From positions 39,990,001-40,054,000 of the forward strand of contig OX597826.1 in the NCBI GenBank assembly GCA_951406725.2: a stretch of 64,000 nt of DNA, read 5' to 3'. The notes under the pieces were generated by a model. It did not search any database. It was not told the origin of the DNA and saw only the letters and a program-made list of their open reading frames with translations. Numbering within the stretch: position 1 is the first letter of the stretch; every line of letters starts with the position of its first letter. A program made the translations under genes and the position numbers. Shown piece after piece: positions 26,062 through 36,637 of this stretch. Source of the stretch: Octopus vulgaris. Its lineage: Eukaryota.

Positions 26062-26353
26062 TATATTTGGAGAGATTTTTTTCACGACGAGTTAAGATTG
26101 AGAAAGGACATTTTTAGAAAGTTGAAAGGCTCTAACCTTTCGGAAGCACGAGTTATTACATATTGTAATAACTGTATGCAATAACAAGTGCTTGAAAACG
26201 TTAAGAACTGAAAGCGCTTGCTCATCTATAAAAGCAAAAGCCACACACATTACGTGGAAAATCTTCCCAAATGTTGATGCCTTTCGACTTTCTAAAAAGA
26301 TACTTTTCTCAATCTTAACTCTTTCAGAAAAAAAAATCTTCTCTCCAAATATA
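26062..26353. repeat. Inverted repeat, ~70-bp arms (26062-26130 / 26279-26353)
   Basis: GAGTTAAGATTGAGAAA / TTTCTCAATCTTAACTC and TATATTTGGAGAGA / TCTCTCCAAATATA. Confidence 0.85.
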
Positions 26354-26358
26354 TATAT

Positions 26359-26450
<92 letters not shown>

Positions 26451-26974
26451 TTATATCATTATTAATATTAGGAAATCAATATCACAAAACTCCTCAGAAA
26501 GATATACACGTTTGAAAATTAAATGTTGTATGAAAAATATATAAATAAATAAATATAAATTTCTATAAAAATATATATAAATATATATAAGTATAAATAT
26601 ATAATGTATATGACAGTTTAAAACTTTTGAAATAAGTATATAAATATACTTTACTAGTATTAATAATTTGATACAATTGAGCAGTCAATATAAATTCAGT
26701 ATATAATATTCTCAATGAATATATTTAACTAAATATTAATATATATATATATATATTGAGGTTTTAAGAGGTAATGGTGTCATTGAGACCCAAAGGTGTC
26801 AGGTAATCCTGAATAAGTGCTATAGACAGACCATAGTTAAGTTCCAAGTTCGGTAATTTTGCGAATAAGGAGTTCAACGTTGGTCATATGTCAGCGTGTG
26901 TAAATAAGAATTTTTTGCGTAATGAGATAAAAAACCCAAGGCTGTTTAGATATTAGAACATTTATAGATAGAAG

Positions 26975-27026
26975 GTCTTACAGCTGTTTCCAGGATATTT
27001 GTTGATTATATCCCTTCATCGGAGAT
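26975..27026 (-). ncRNA. Minimal type-I hammerhead motif, variant core CCGAUGA
   Basis: Reverse complement reads ATCT-CCGATGA-A-GGGATAT...ATATCCT-G-GAA-AC-AGCT-GT-A|AGAC. Confidence 0.6.
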
Positions 27027-27331
27027 GTTGTGAGAGAATGGTTAAGTAATAATTAGTTTATATAGGATACAAAATAGAGAGTGGGGTAGAGGAAAGAAAA
27101 TAGATGTAAGATATGTAAGATTATTGAAGTTGTAGATCCATTTTTTAAGCAAAATGGTTTATATGTAAGATTCCAAGGTATTATGAATCTTACATATATA
27201 CCATTCTGCATTAAAAATGGATCTACAAATTCAATATTCCTACATAAATTTCATCTATTTTCTTTCCTCCAACTCACTTTCTATTTTGTATCCTATATAA
27301 ACTAATTATTACTTAACCATCCTCTCACAAC

Positions 27332-27383
27332 GTCTCCGATGAAGGGATATAATTAATAAATACCCTGGAAACAGCTGTAAGAC
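27332..27383 (+). ncRNA. Minimal type-I hammerhead motif, variant core CCGAUGA
   Basis: GTCT-CCGATGA-AGGG...CCCT-G-GAA-AC-AGCT-GT-A|AGAC; stem I GTCT/AGAC, palindromic ACAGCTGT stem III, GUA site. Confidence 0.65.
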
Positions 27384-27489
27384 CTTCTATCTATAAATGT
27401 TCTAATATCTACACAGCGTTGGTTTTTTTTATCTCATTACGCAAAAACGTCTTATATATATATGTGTGTGTATGTGTGTAAATATGTAG

Positions 27490-27532
<43 letters not shown>

Positions 27533-28207
27533 AACAAATATGTGTATGTGATCGCGTGTGTGTATACTCTAAATCATATGGAATTCAATATTCAAAAAGC
27601 GTGTATTATCCAATATCTTTAACATGGCATTTTTCTAGATTTATGAGCACATCTCTTCCCCGTCACTGAAAACAATGTACTGTTTTTTTTTCTTTTATAA
27701 ACTCCCGTACCAATAAAAATGTTCGTTTCTATAGAAAGAGAAAAAGCACTTATATTTAAATACATAAACAAGAAAGAACCATTTTCCCAGAGTTTGTCTA
27801 ATAAAATCAGCCACAGAAATCTCGACAGAATTTGAATTTCCTTGGAAAAATTATCCATAACTTTGTACGTAGCACTTTTGTGCTTGCTGCCTTTCAAATG
27901 AAATAATATTGGTTTTAATATCTACTTTCGAAACTATATTGAAAGCACTCAATACTTTTTGAATGTGTTGAAAGTTCACATCTGTTTTAAAAACCACATT
28001 TACTTAATATTTCAATGCAAAAGTCTAAGGGTCTGCTGCTAGAATGAAGTAAATTGAACTGTATTGTCACACGATGTTAAGATAACTTATCTCCCAAACC
28101 ATTGCATGGCAACTTCGACATACGTCTTTAATTCTATCCTAGGTCAACCAAACGCCTTATAAACGAATTTGGTTGATGCACCTTCTTCAGAAATTAGTTA
28201 TATATCA

Positions 28208-28238
<31 letters not shown>

Positions 28239-29737
28239 CGCGTTTGTGTTCGTGTGTGTGCGTGTGTGAGTGTGTGTGAGTGTGTGTATGTGTGTGTGAG
28301 TGAATGCGTGTGTGTGTATGTGTGCGAGCCTATGTATGTGTATATGTGTGTACGTGTGCATGTGAATGTGTGTGTGTTTTTGTGTGTATGTATGTGTGTG
28401 TGCGTATGTGTGTGTGCGTTGGTCGTTTCCTGCTTCGCAACCGACTTTACTTTGTTTACATCTTATAACTTACGAGGTTCAGTGAAAAAGTGACCATGAG
28501 GATAAATACTAGGACTCCATTATCCTGCAGATCAGAAACTTGTAAAATATAAATATCTTTTGTAAACGTATACTGATAATTACTCTCCTCCTCAAAAGAA
28601 AAATGTTCTATTTTATTCCTGGTAACAATAGCCATTATCTGTCAGAACTTCATTTTTTTTTTCTAAGCAACATTTGCCACACTACCTGACATCCATTTAA
28701 TAAGCCTTTAAATGTTCGTCTGGCCTACTAACAATTATCAACGAAATATAACTTGATTAACAACCTAATTTCTTAAAACTCCAAGAACTCTTAACATGAT
28801 ATAGTCCTAAATAGGTCAAAATGGTGGGTTGGTCACTGCCGGAATAACTTTGGTCACAGAACTAGTGGATCACAAATGACCTGGGTCTAAACAGCAAATA
28901 TTTCACTTCCTGGTCTCGTATTTTCAACTAAGACCTCAATATCAAGCTATACTTTCGCAAAGATATTTTTCATTTGTGCTAATAACTCGGTGACATGATC
29001 AAGTTATCGATAGCTCGATGCATGCCTACCAATAAGATCAATTTCAATAATTATTACTCACTTTCTTTGGAGCTGACAAACAAGATAAGAAGATTTGAAA
29101 TTATTCATTTTTCACCAATATCCCAATCTATACAACAGTACCGTAAATCTTTTCTTAATCTGCCTCACGGTCACTGCCATGGAAACAATCTGTACAACTC
29201 TTCTTCTTTGACTTGTCCTAGATTATCTACAGATATAAAATGCAATTGCTTGAGCTTTCGTCGATCCTACACAACCAGCTACATCGATAAGTCTGATAAA
29301 TATGTCTTTGTGCTTCATCTGACAACAATTGTAACCTAAGTAAGCAGATACAGAAGGTAGAAAGATTTACTTTTCATGTCTGTATTATTGCTATGATACA
29401 CTTATAGACAATATTCTCCTTTGTTCAGTTTCACTTTATTCATGAACTTTATAATCAGATCAGTCATTTCATCTAGATCTGATTAAAAGCTCCATTTTTG
29501 GAGACAGCAAACTATTGTTGCTTATTGCTATCTTCTATCGCTAATAATAAGATAGATGGAGAACAAAAACTACCGAACAAAGTGACCAGATCCAAACGAC
29601 GAATGGCTAGAGAACAAAAAAACGAACCAATTGATAAATTAATTATCATGCAATTTATCCTATAGCAATGAACTGAGATTTATTCCAAATGAACATTTGT
29701 GATGTGGTGCATGACTTCCTGTTTATCCATGCTCTAC

Positions 29738-30005
29738 ATACATATATATACATACATACATACATACATACATACATAAATGCATACATACATACATGCA
29801 TACATTCATACATACATAAATACATACATTCATACATACATGAATACATACATACATACATACATACATACATACATACATACATACATACATGCATGCA
29901 TACAACACATACATACATACATACATTCATACATATATAAATACATCCATCCATCCATCCATCCATCCATCCATACATACATACATACATTTACACACAC
30001 ACACG
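29738..30005. repeat. (TACA)n/(TCCA)n tetranucleotide repeat
   Basis: Directly visible. Confidence 0.95.
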
Positions 30006-31189
30006 CATAATTATTGATTCCATCAATCAAGGTTCATGGATTTTGCAGATGAGGTCAAACAAGAGATAGTAGAAATGATGATGTTCCTACATTTGAAAAG
30101 ACAGTTTTGATGTTATTAAAACAGATAGGATCCAACCATTAAAGAAATTTTATATATCAGGTGCTGGATATTGCTTGCACTTTGTTTTATGTTACCTTCA
30201 TCGCTTATCAGAGACGTGTCAGTTTCTGGCGCATAGATTTTGAATGTTAGAGGCTTTAGCAATCATGGATATGAATGATGTCGAACATATCAAATAGTAA
30301 TTTTCATGCTTTAAAAAATGCTAAACGTTATATCAATAAAGCCTTAAAGAGAAGTCATCATAAATATTGATTAGTGATATTATAGCGAGGTTTTGAATAT
30401 GTAAGCACAAAGTATAATCGATCGCAACGGAACCAGCTCATGGTTAATGATTATTTTTATTGGTCTGAAGTGATGAAATATCTTAAATCTCTTTGAGATC
30501 CTTCTCTGACACACGAGATATTACAGTTAGTGCTGTTCAATGTTTATATATATATATTATAAATGTAAGACTCATCGGTATTTTATATTAAACAATTTTT
30601 TTCATATTTCCTTATTCCTTTTATGTTTGATTGTAAAAATAGCGTTGCTAAAACCATTAGTTCATTGAAGTTTTACGACTTTCCGGCATCATCAAGATGA
30701 AGTGTTGGTAGTAATGGTGCACATTTTGCTGCAGGTCACATGAATTTTGCGAATACAACGATTAAGTCCTGGCAGATTTTATGAGTATTCTACACGTAAT
30801 GTAGCTGCGTGTTGATTTTCCTTTGTAATTTGCTATTATTGAAACTTTCATAATTAGCCTTCTCATTTGTGTTTTTATGGAATTCTACGATAAAGATCTA
30901 TACTTATGTGACCATAGAACATTTTGAGTTATGAAGTTTACAGCATACTATTTTGTTAGTCTGGAGTATATTTATAGATTTTTTGCCCTGGGGTTTCTTG
31001 TTGAGGAAATAGTCAATTCTGTTGCTTTAGTTTTCTAAAATATTCTATAACTTTCAGGTATGCTGTGATAGATGAATATTTATAATATAGTCAGCCATGT
31101 TGTAACTTCTAGAGTGCATCTGAATTTTGCAGAACAGAATATAATTAGTGCATGTTTTATATTTAGTGTGTAGCTATATTGGTTAGACG

Positions 31190-31395
31190 CTATGATAGAT
31201 CGTTAGCCACTACACACATTCTTTTCTCTCCTTTTTTCTCTCCTTGTTTTTTCTGTGACCCTTTCTTTAGAAGAGCGTAGGCTCGAAACATAAAAGACTT
31301 TTTATATTCCTGAGCGTTATACTAATACATCTGTTTGTTTTGTACACCGCCTGTCTTCGTCTTTTGTTTTTTTTCGTAAACACTCCCTCTATATT
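31190..31395 (+). mobile_element. PLE-like terminal repeat with atypical hammerhead-like motif (31261-31296)
   Basis: CTTT-CTTTAGAA-GAGC-GTAG-GCTC-GAAAC-AT-A|AAAG; its 3' end recurs inverted at 15740-15817. Confidence 0.55.
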
Positions 31396-31579
31396 GGTTA
31401 TATCAGTTTGGAAAGACTTGTTTTTGTATTTTTCTATGATCAGGTCTTTCAATTTATTATGTTAGTCATTAATAACTAGTCTTTGTTGGAAATATTACAT
31501 AGTGGAGGCACTATACATACATATGCAATCATAGTTTTGCGTTTTGTAAATACTGATGCTTCATATGTACTATTGTGAA

Positions 31580-31730
31580 GTAGCATGGCCTAGCCGTTAG
31601 GGTGTGCCCTCATGGACGCAAGATTCTGCTTTCACAACCTGAATCAGGTCATATATTGTGAACTTGAGGAAAACACTTCAATTTATGTTGCTCCAGATCG
31701 CTCAACTGGCAAAAATGAGAAACCCGACGA
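31580..31730 (+). mobile_element. Old tRNA-derived SINE fragment
   Basis: A-box-like TGGCCTAGCCGTTAGG followed by CORE-like CTTGAGGAAAACACTT...GCTCCAG; strongly decayed. Confidence 0.4.
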
Positions 31731-32378
31731 CGGAGCGGTGTCTCGTCCATGAAACATATAAGCCGCAGAATCCGGGAGACTATGGCACAGGAAGAACCTT
31801 TGAGCTTTTTGATCCCAATTATTCCTTATTCCTACGTTTTTTTCGGAAGATGGAATTGCATGTTGATCAGAATACATTATGCTACAACTACAATGCACGG
31901 TAATTATAATGATGGAATTATTTATCTTTGTCATCTGTTAAGCCTGATATTCGTAGCCACATTAAGCATACATAAATGTACAATATATGTATCTGACTGC
32001 CAGTATACATCGACAAAATACTTGGAAAGTCACATCGATTCTGAGGATGGTTCCACCATGATGGTCTATGCACGTTAATGGACAAATACATTTTAGTAGG
32101 GCTCTAATTCTACTTAAACAATATTTTAAAGAGAAGCTATGCTTTCTGTGCACGTGAAAGCACATATGTACAAAATATAATAAATGTGCATGTATGTGTG
32201 AGTGCGTGTGTGTGTGCGTGTGCGTGTGTGTTTGTTTGTGGGTGCTTATTTCACAGAAATTGATCCGATCAAAGTTTTAGTATTTCCGTACTCAAAACAA
32301 AATGCGAATGCTGTTTCCTATATTTTATCCAGTAGTTCACACTGCAACGCGCACGCACACACACACACACGCAAACAC

Positions 32379-32461
<83 letters not shown>

Positions 32462-32796
32462 AATGTAAATGTAAATGTAGTCAGCCTAAAAGTCGTAATT
32501 CTACCCTGTTCGAAGTACCAGCCCGAGTCCTAAGTTTTTTTGAATTTCCACTAATGATTTTTGGCAGCATTTATATCCGTGATATATCACTTATTTGATG
32601 CAACTTGTGGTCCACTAGTTCCTGAATTGTTTATTCTTATTTTCCTATATGACTTATAGATATTAACTGTTGATTCTTTTATATTGCTACTTTGATAATG
32701 AGTGGCAACTTTACGCTACCTGTGGGAAAAAGGAACTGTGTGCAAGGTCAGCGGCAAAAGCTGTTATTAATGTGGAAAGCTAGTGAACTGTCAATA

Positions 32797-33396
32797 ATTA
32801 TAAGAATACCAAAGCATAAAAATAAACCATATTGTACATTAATTATCATTAAGTCAAACTCTCATTCATTATCCCTCTCAGTTTCACTCTCTATCTTTTT
32901 GTATACGCATACATACAAAAACTCACAGGTATAATAACATTTTAACATGTATATGCACATATATTTATCGTTTACAGACTGATGCATACACGTGTTTGCA
33001 TATACATGTATATTGCGAAGACAGGATTCTCAGTATTTGAAAATGTGGATCAACACATTGATCCATTATCTGGAATATCCCAGAAAGAGCAGTAAGACAA
33101 TTTTAGTGTATTTTTACTTACTTCGCTTCAGCATTAAACTAATTTAGATGCACTGATAAGATTGCTCTGCCTCGATTAATTATTTTTATCCTCTTTAAAT
33201 TATACCTACCAACTGGAAGGTAGGCTACGGATCGTCGGTTCTTTCCCAGTTGGACAGAACCACAAACACCGCACTTGCGTAAACTTGGATCCTGGTGGAT
33301 TATCATTTAAAGCACTCAGATTGTATACACATTAGCTTAGGTTACCTGTGACCCAAACTCTCCATCTTCTGTCTGTCTCTCTCTCTCTCCCCATCC

Positions 33397-33495
<99 letters not shown>

Positions 33496-33876
33496 TGGAG
33501 TAAGTACATAAATGTGAAACACAGTGGGAAATAAAGAGTACTCAAATACCAGAGGTTTAAGGTTTCCTCGATTTTTATAATAGGATGAATTTATATTGAA
33601 TTCACTTATTTTATTTATTTTGTTCATTGCATGCTTAAGACCGTTAATTGAAAGGACCAATAAAACAAATCCATTTTTAAGGTGTATACTTTAACTGGTT
33701 TTGACCATATCGATATTTCTTTTCTATTTTAACAAAACTGTCCGACGAAAAGGAACGTGAAACTCTGAGTAACAGCTTTTGTTTTATTTCTGCTGCTTTT
33801 AAATAAAGAATATTACTCTACCTCTGGTATTTGAGTACTGTACTCTTTATTTCTTACTTTGTTTCACATTTATGTA

Positions 33877-33952
<76 letters not shown>

Positions 33953-34558
33953 AACGAGGAGTTTAGGTCACTGGTAACCTAAGCTAATGGGTATACAATC
34001 TGAGTGCTCCAAATGATAATCCACCAGGATCCAAGTTCACGCAAGTGCGGTGTTTGTGGTTCTGTCCAACTGGGAAAGAACCGACGATCCGTAGCCTACC
34101 TTCCAGTCGGTAGGTATAATTTAAAGAGGATAAAAATAATTAATCGAGGCAGTACAATCTTATCAGTGCATCTAAATTAGTTTAATGCTGAAGCGAAGTA
34201 AGTGAAAATAGAATAAAAGAGTCTTATAGCTCTTTCTGGAATATCCCAGATAATGGATCAATGTGTTGATCCACATTTTCAAATACTGGGAATCCTGTTT
34301 TCGCAATATACATGTATATGCAAACCCGTGTGTGCATCAGTCTGTAAACGATAAATATATGTGCATATACATGTGAAAATGTTATTATACGTGTGAGTTG
34401 TTGTATGTATACGTAAACAAAAAGATAAAGATACAGAGAAAGAGAGAGAGACACACACACAGAGAGTGTGAAACTGAGAGGGATAATGAATGAGAGTTTG
34501 ACTTATTGATAATTAATGTACAATATGGTTTATTTTTATGTTTTGTTATTCTTATAAT
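32797..34558. repeat. 1.76-kb fold-back: inverted duplication of flank, microsatellite and PLE terminal tip around a ~265-bp spacer
   Basis: Outer arms are ~32797-33362 / 33958-34558 (GGAAGGTAGGCTACGGATCGTCGGTTCTTTCCCAGTTGGACAGAACCACAAACACCGCACTTGCGT and its reverse complement). Then (CT)n(TA)n / (TA)n(GA)n, then inner arms ~33500-33556 / 33820-33880 (TAAGTACATAAATGTGAAACA / TGTTTCACATTTATGTACTTA). Confidence 0.95.
33738..33775 (+). ncRNA. Minimal type-I hammerhead-like motif, variant core CCGACGA
   Basis: CTGT-CCGACGA-AAAGGAACGT-GAA-ACTC-T-GAGT-A|ACAG; stem I CTGT/ACAG and self-complementary stem III are intact, stem II is poorly paired. Confidence 0.55.
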
Positions 34559-35187
34559 CGAGACTGGCCCACTCTGTTTTCATTGATAATTGTTCAACAT
34601 CTCCAAGCACGTCTTAGTAAGGATTAAAGTGTTACTAAGCGGAATATGTTTTGAATTATGAGAAATGATAATAAGAAAATGACAATATTTTGAATTTGAT
34701 TAATTGACTTAAATCCTATCTCACATATAGTATGTTAGGCGGTTTGTTGACGGAGGATTATATACACTTGATCTATTCGCATACGATTTCCACCCCCGTG
34801 AAATGTGAAAAATTTATACTACATCGCAAGTTTATTTTATAAGTTGATTGTGTTTCAAATCAGGATATATGAGTGTGTGAATGGCAATAATATTATTATA
34901 CATGTCGCATATATTTCCAGTATTGCACAACTTTGTGATACAGGCTAAATAAGGTTCGTTTATGGAAACGATCGTAGCATCGATCTGACTTATCTCTCCC
35001 ATTATTAAATTAAGTATAATTCACTCTGTGGGGCTTATAAAATGCTTAATCGAGCATACCTTGGATTTACGAAATACTCCTATCTGTAATTAATTGAAGT
35101 ATGACTGACCTTCCTTCCGTTATAGAAAAACCTAGTTTACACATAAAGTGCTAATGATTTGATCTTCTGGATTAGTCTTGTACCTTT

Positions 35188-35242
<55 letters not shown>

Positions 35243-35323
35243 TGAGAAAGTTGGTTTGTGAAAGCACGTCGTTGAATATATAGAAAATAGCAAAAAATGA
35301 AAGTTCTTTCACTTTTTACTATT

Positions 35324-35365
<42 letters not shown>

Positions 35366-35369
35366 ATAT

Positions 35370-35445
<76 letters not shown>

Positions 35446-35789
35446 GCAAACGAGGTGTCTGCTCAATGTTTGTTCTATAAGCTGCATATACTGGTTGCAT
35501 CTGTAGTGTAGCGTCATGTGTTGCCGAATATTGAAAAATATGTAACAACGTGAATAAAGGACCACCAAATTATGCCCATGTTCATTTCTCTTATTATTAT
35601 TGCATCTCTCTTTTTATAACCTCATACCCCACCATCGGATATGCCCAACTTTAGTGTACAGGCGACGGTCGGAATTTAACGCAATTAATATTAGAAACGA
35701 AACATATGTAGCTTAATTGTCATGCGGCAAACGCGTCTAATAATAGATATATATGTGTGTGGACCTCTTGCATTTCTGTGACTGTTAAG

Positions 35790-36578
35790 CTAAAAACTAT
35801 GACTAAGTCCAAAATAAAATTTACGTCTGATTTTTCAAAACCTAGTGTTGAATTTTTAGACACTAAAGATAGGTAAGCCCTGTTCATTGTGCAACAACAT
35901 GAGTCAAGTGAATTCCATCAGGAATCATAACAGAAATGTTATGATTTATAGAGGTGAGACATGTAGAGATTCCCATTTGGTGAACGCGGCAGAATGCACG
36001 AAATACACCTTGATTTATCTTGATTGTACAACACAGCAATTATACAAAAGGTTTAATGGGCACAGATTCGACGTCAGGCACAATAACATTAGTCCGACAG
36101 TACTTTCCGAACGTTTCGTTTCAAACAGCTACAATTTGAAAAAAAGTTGAAAGTCAATATTCTCAGAAAATATTCTGAATCTGCTTCACTTTCACTTCTC
36201 AGAATGCATGAGGGGAAATATTTTTGCGGGTTATTAACATCACGCCCTGGAGGAATGAATAAAATGACAGGAGAATATCATCAAATTTATACAAAACTGT
36301 TTGATTAAATATTATTTTTTCATTCCTCTTTTGTCTGTCTTCTTTTTTCTGTCTTTCTCTTTTCGCCTGTTATAAAATTGAAGATTAGAGACTGATGATG
36401 TCACTCCATCAACGTATGGACGATGGTTGCTCTCGTAAATACTTTACATTTAGATTTCTATAATTTTGAATGTTTATCACTTCTTACTTTCAACTTGACA
36501 AAGACAGACTTACTGTTGAAATATCGTTCAATCAATAAAATATCTATTACAATCGAATCGCATTCTTCGTATTGACTA
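35790..36578 (+). mobile_element. Decayed, internally deleted Penelope-like element (RT tail, GIY-YIG, terminal repeat)
   Basis: KIKFTSDFSKPSVEFLDT, then TCRDSHLV...ECTKY..IYLDCT.QQLYKRFNGHR and P.GMN. Degenerate hammerhead GAGA-CTGATGA-TGTC...GAC-GATGG..C|TCTC at 36388-36434. Confidence 0.75.

Positions 36579-36633
<55 letters not shown>

Positions 36634-36637
<4 letters not shown>

Larger units (their letters stand above)
26905..27454. repeat. ~550-bp near-perfect palindrome (11-nt spacer, 27174-27184) made of two hammerhead-bearing arms
   Basis: The arms match by reverse complement along their length (ATGGTTAAGTAATAATTAGTTTATATAGGATACAAAATAGA / TCTATTTTGTATCCTATATAAACTAATTATTACTTAACCAT). 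Confidence 0.95.

Noticed and set aside
28995-29339. 114-aa ORF on +, or a minus-strand exon after TTACTTAG
   Set aside because: No recognisable domain on +; minus-strand frames hit stops quickly and look like a decayed transposon remnant.
33034-33091. Possible 58-nt exon (CTCAG|...|GTAAGA) in the left fold-back arm, with the donor lost in the right arm
   Set aside because: Weak polypyrimidine tract, no recognisable peptide and no supporting neighbouring exons; cannot be supported without RNA data.
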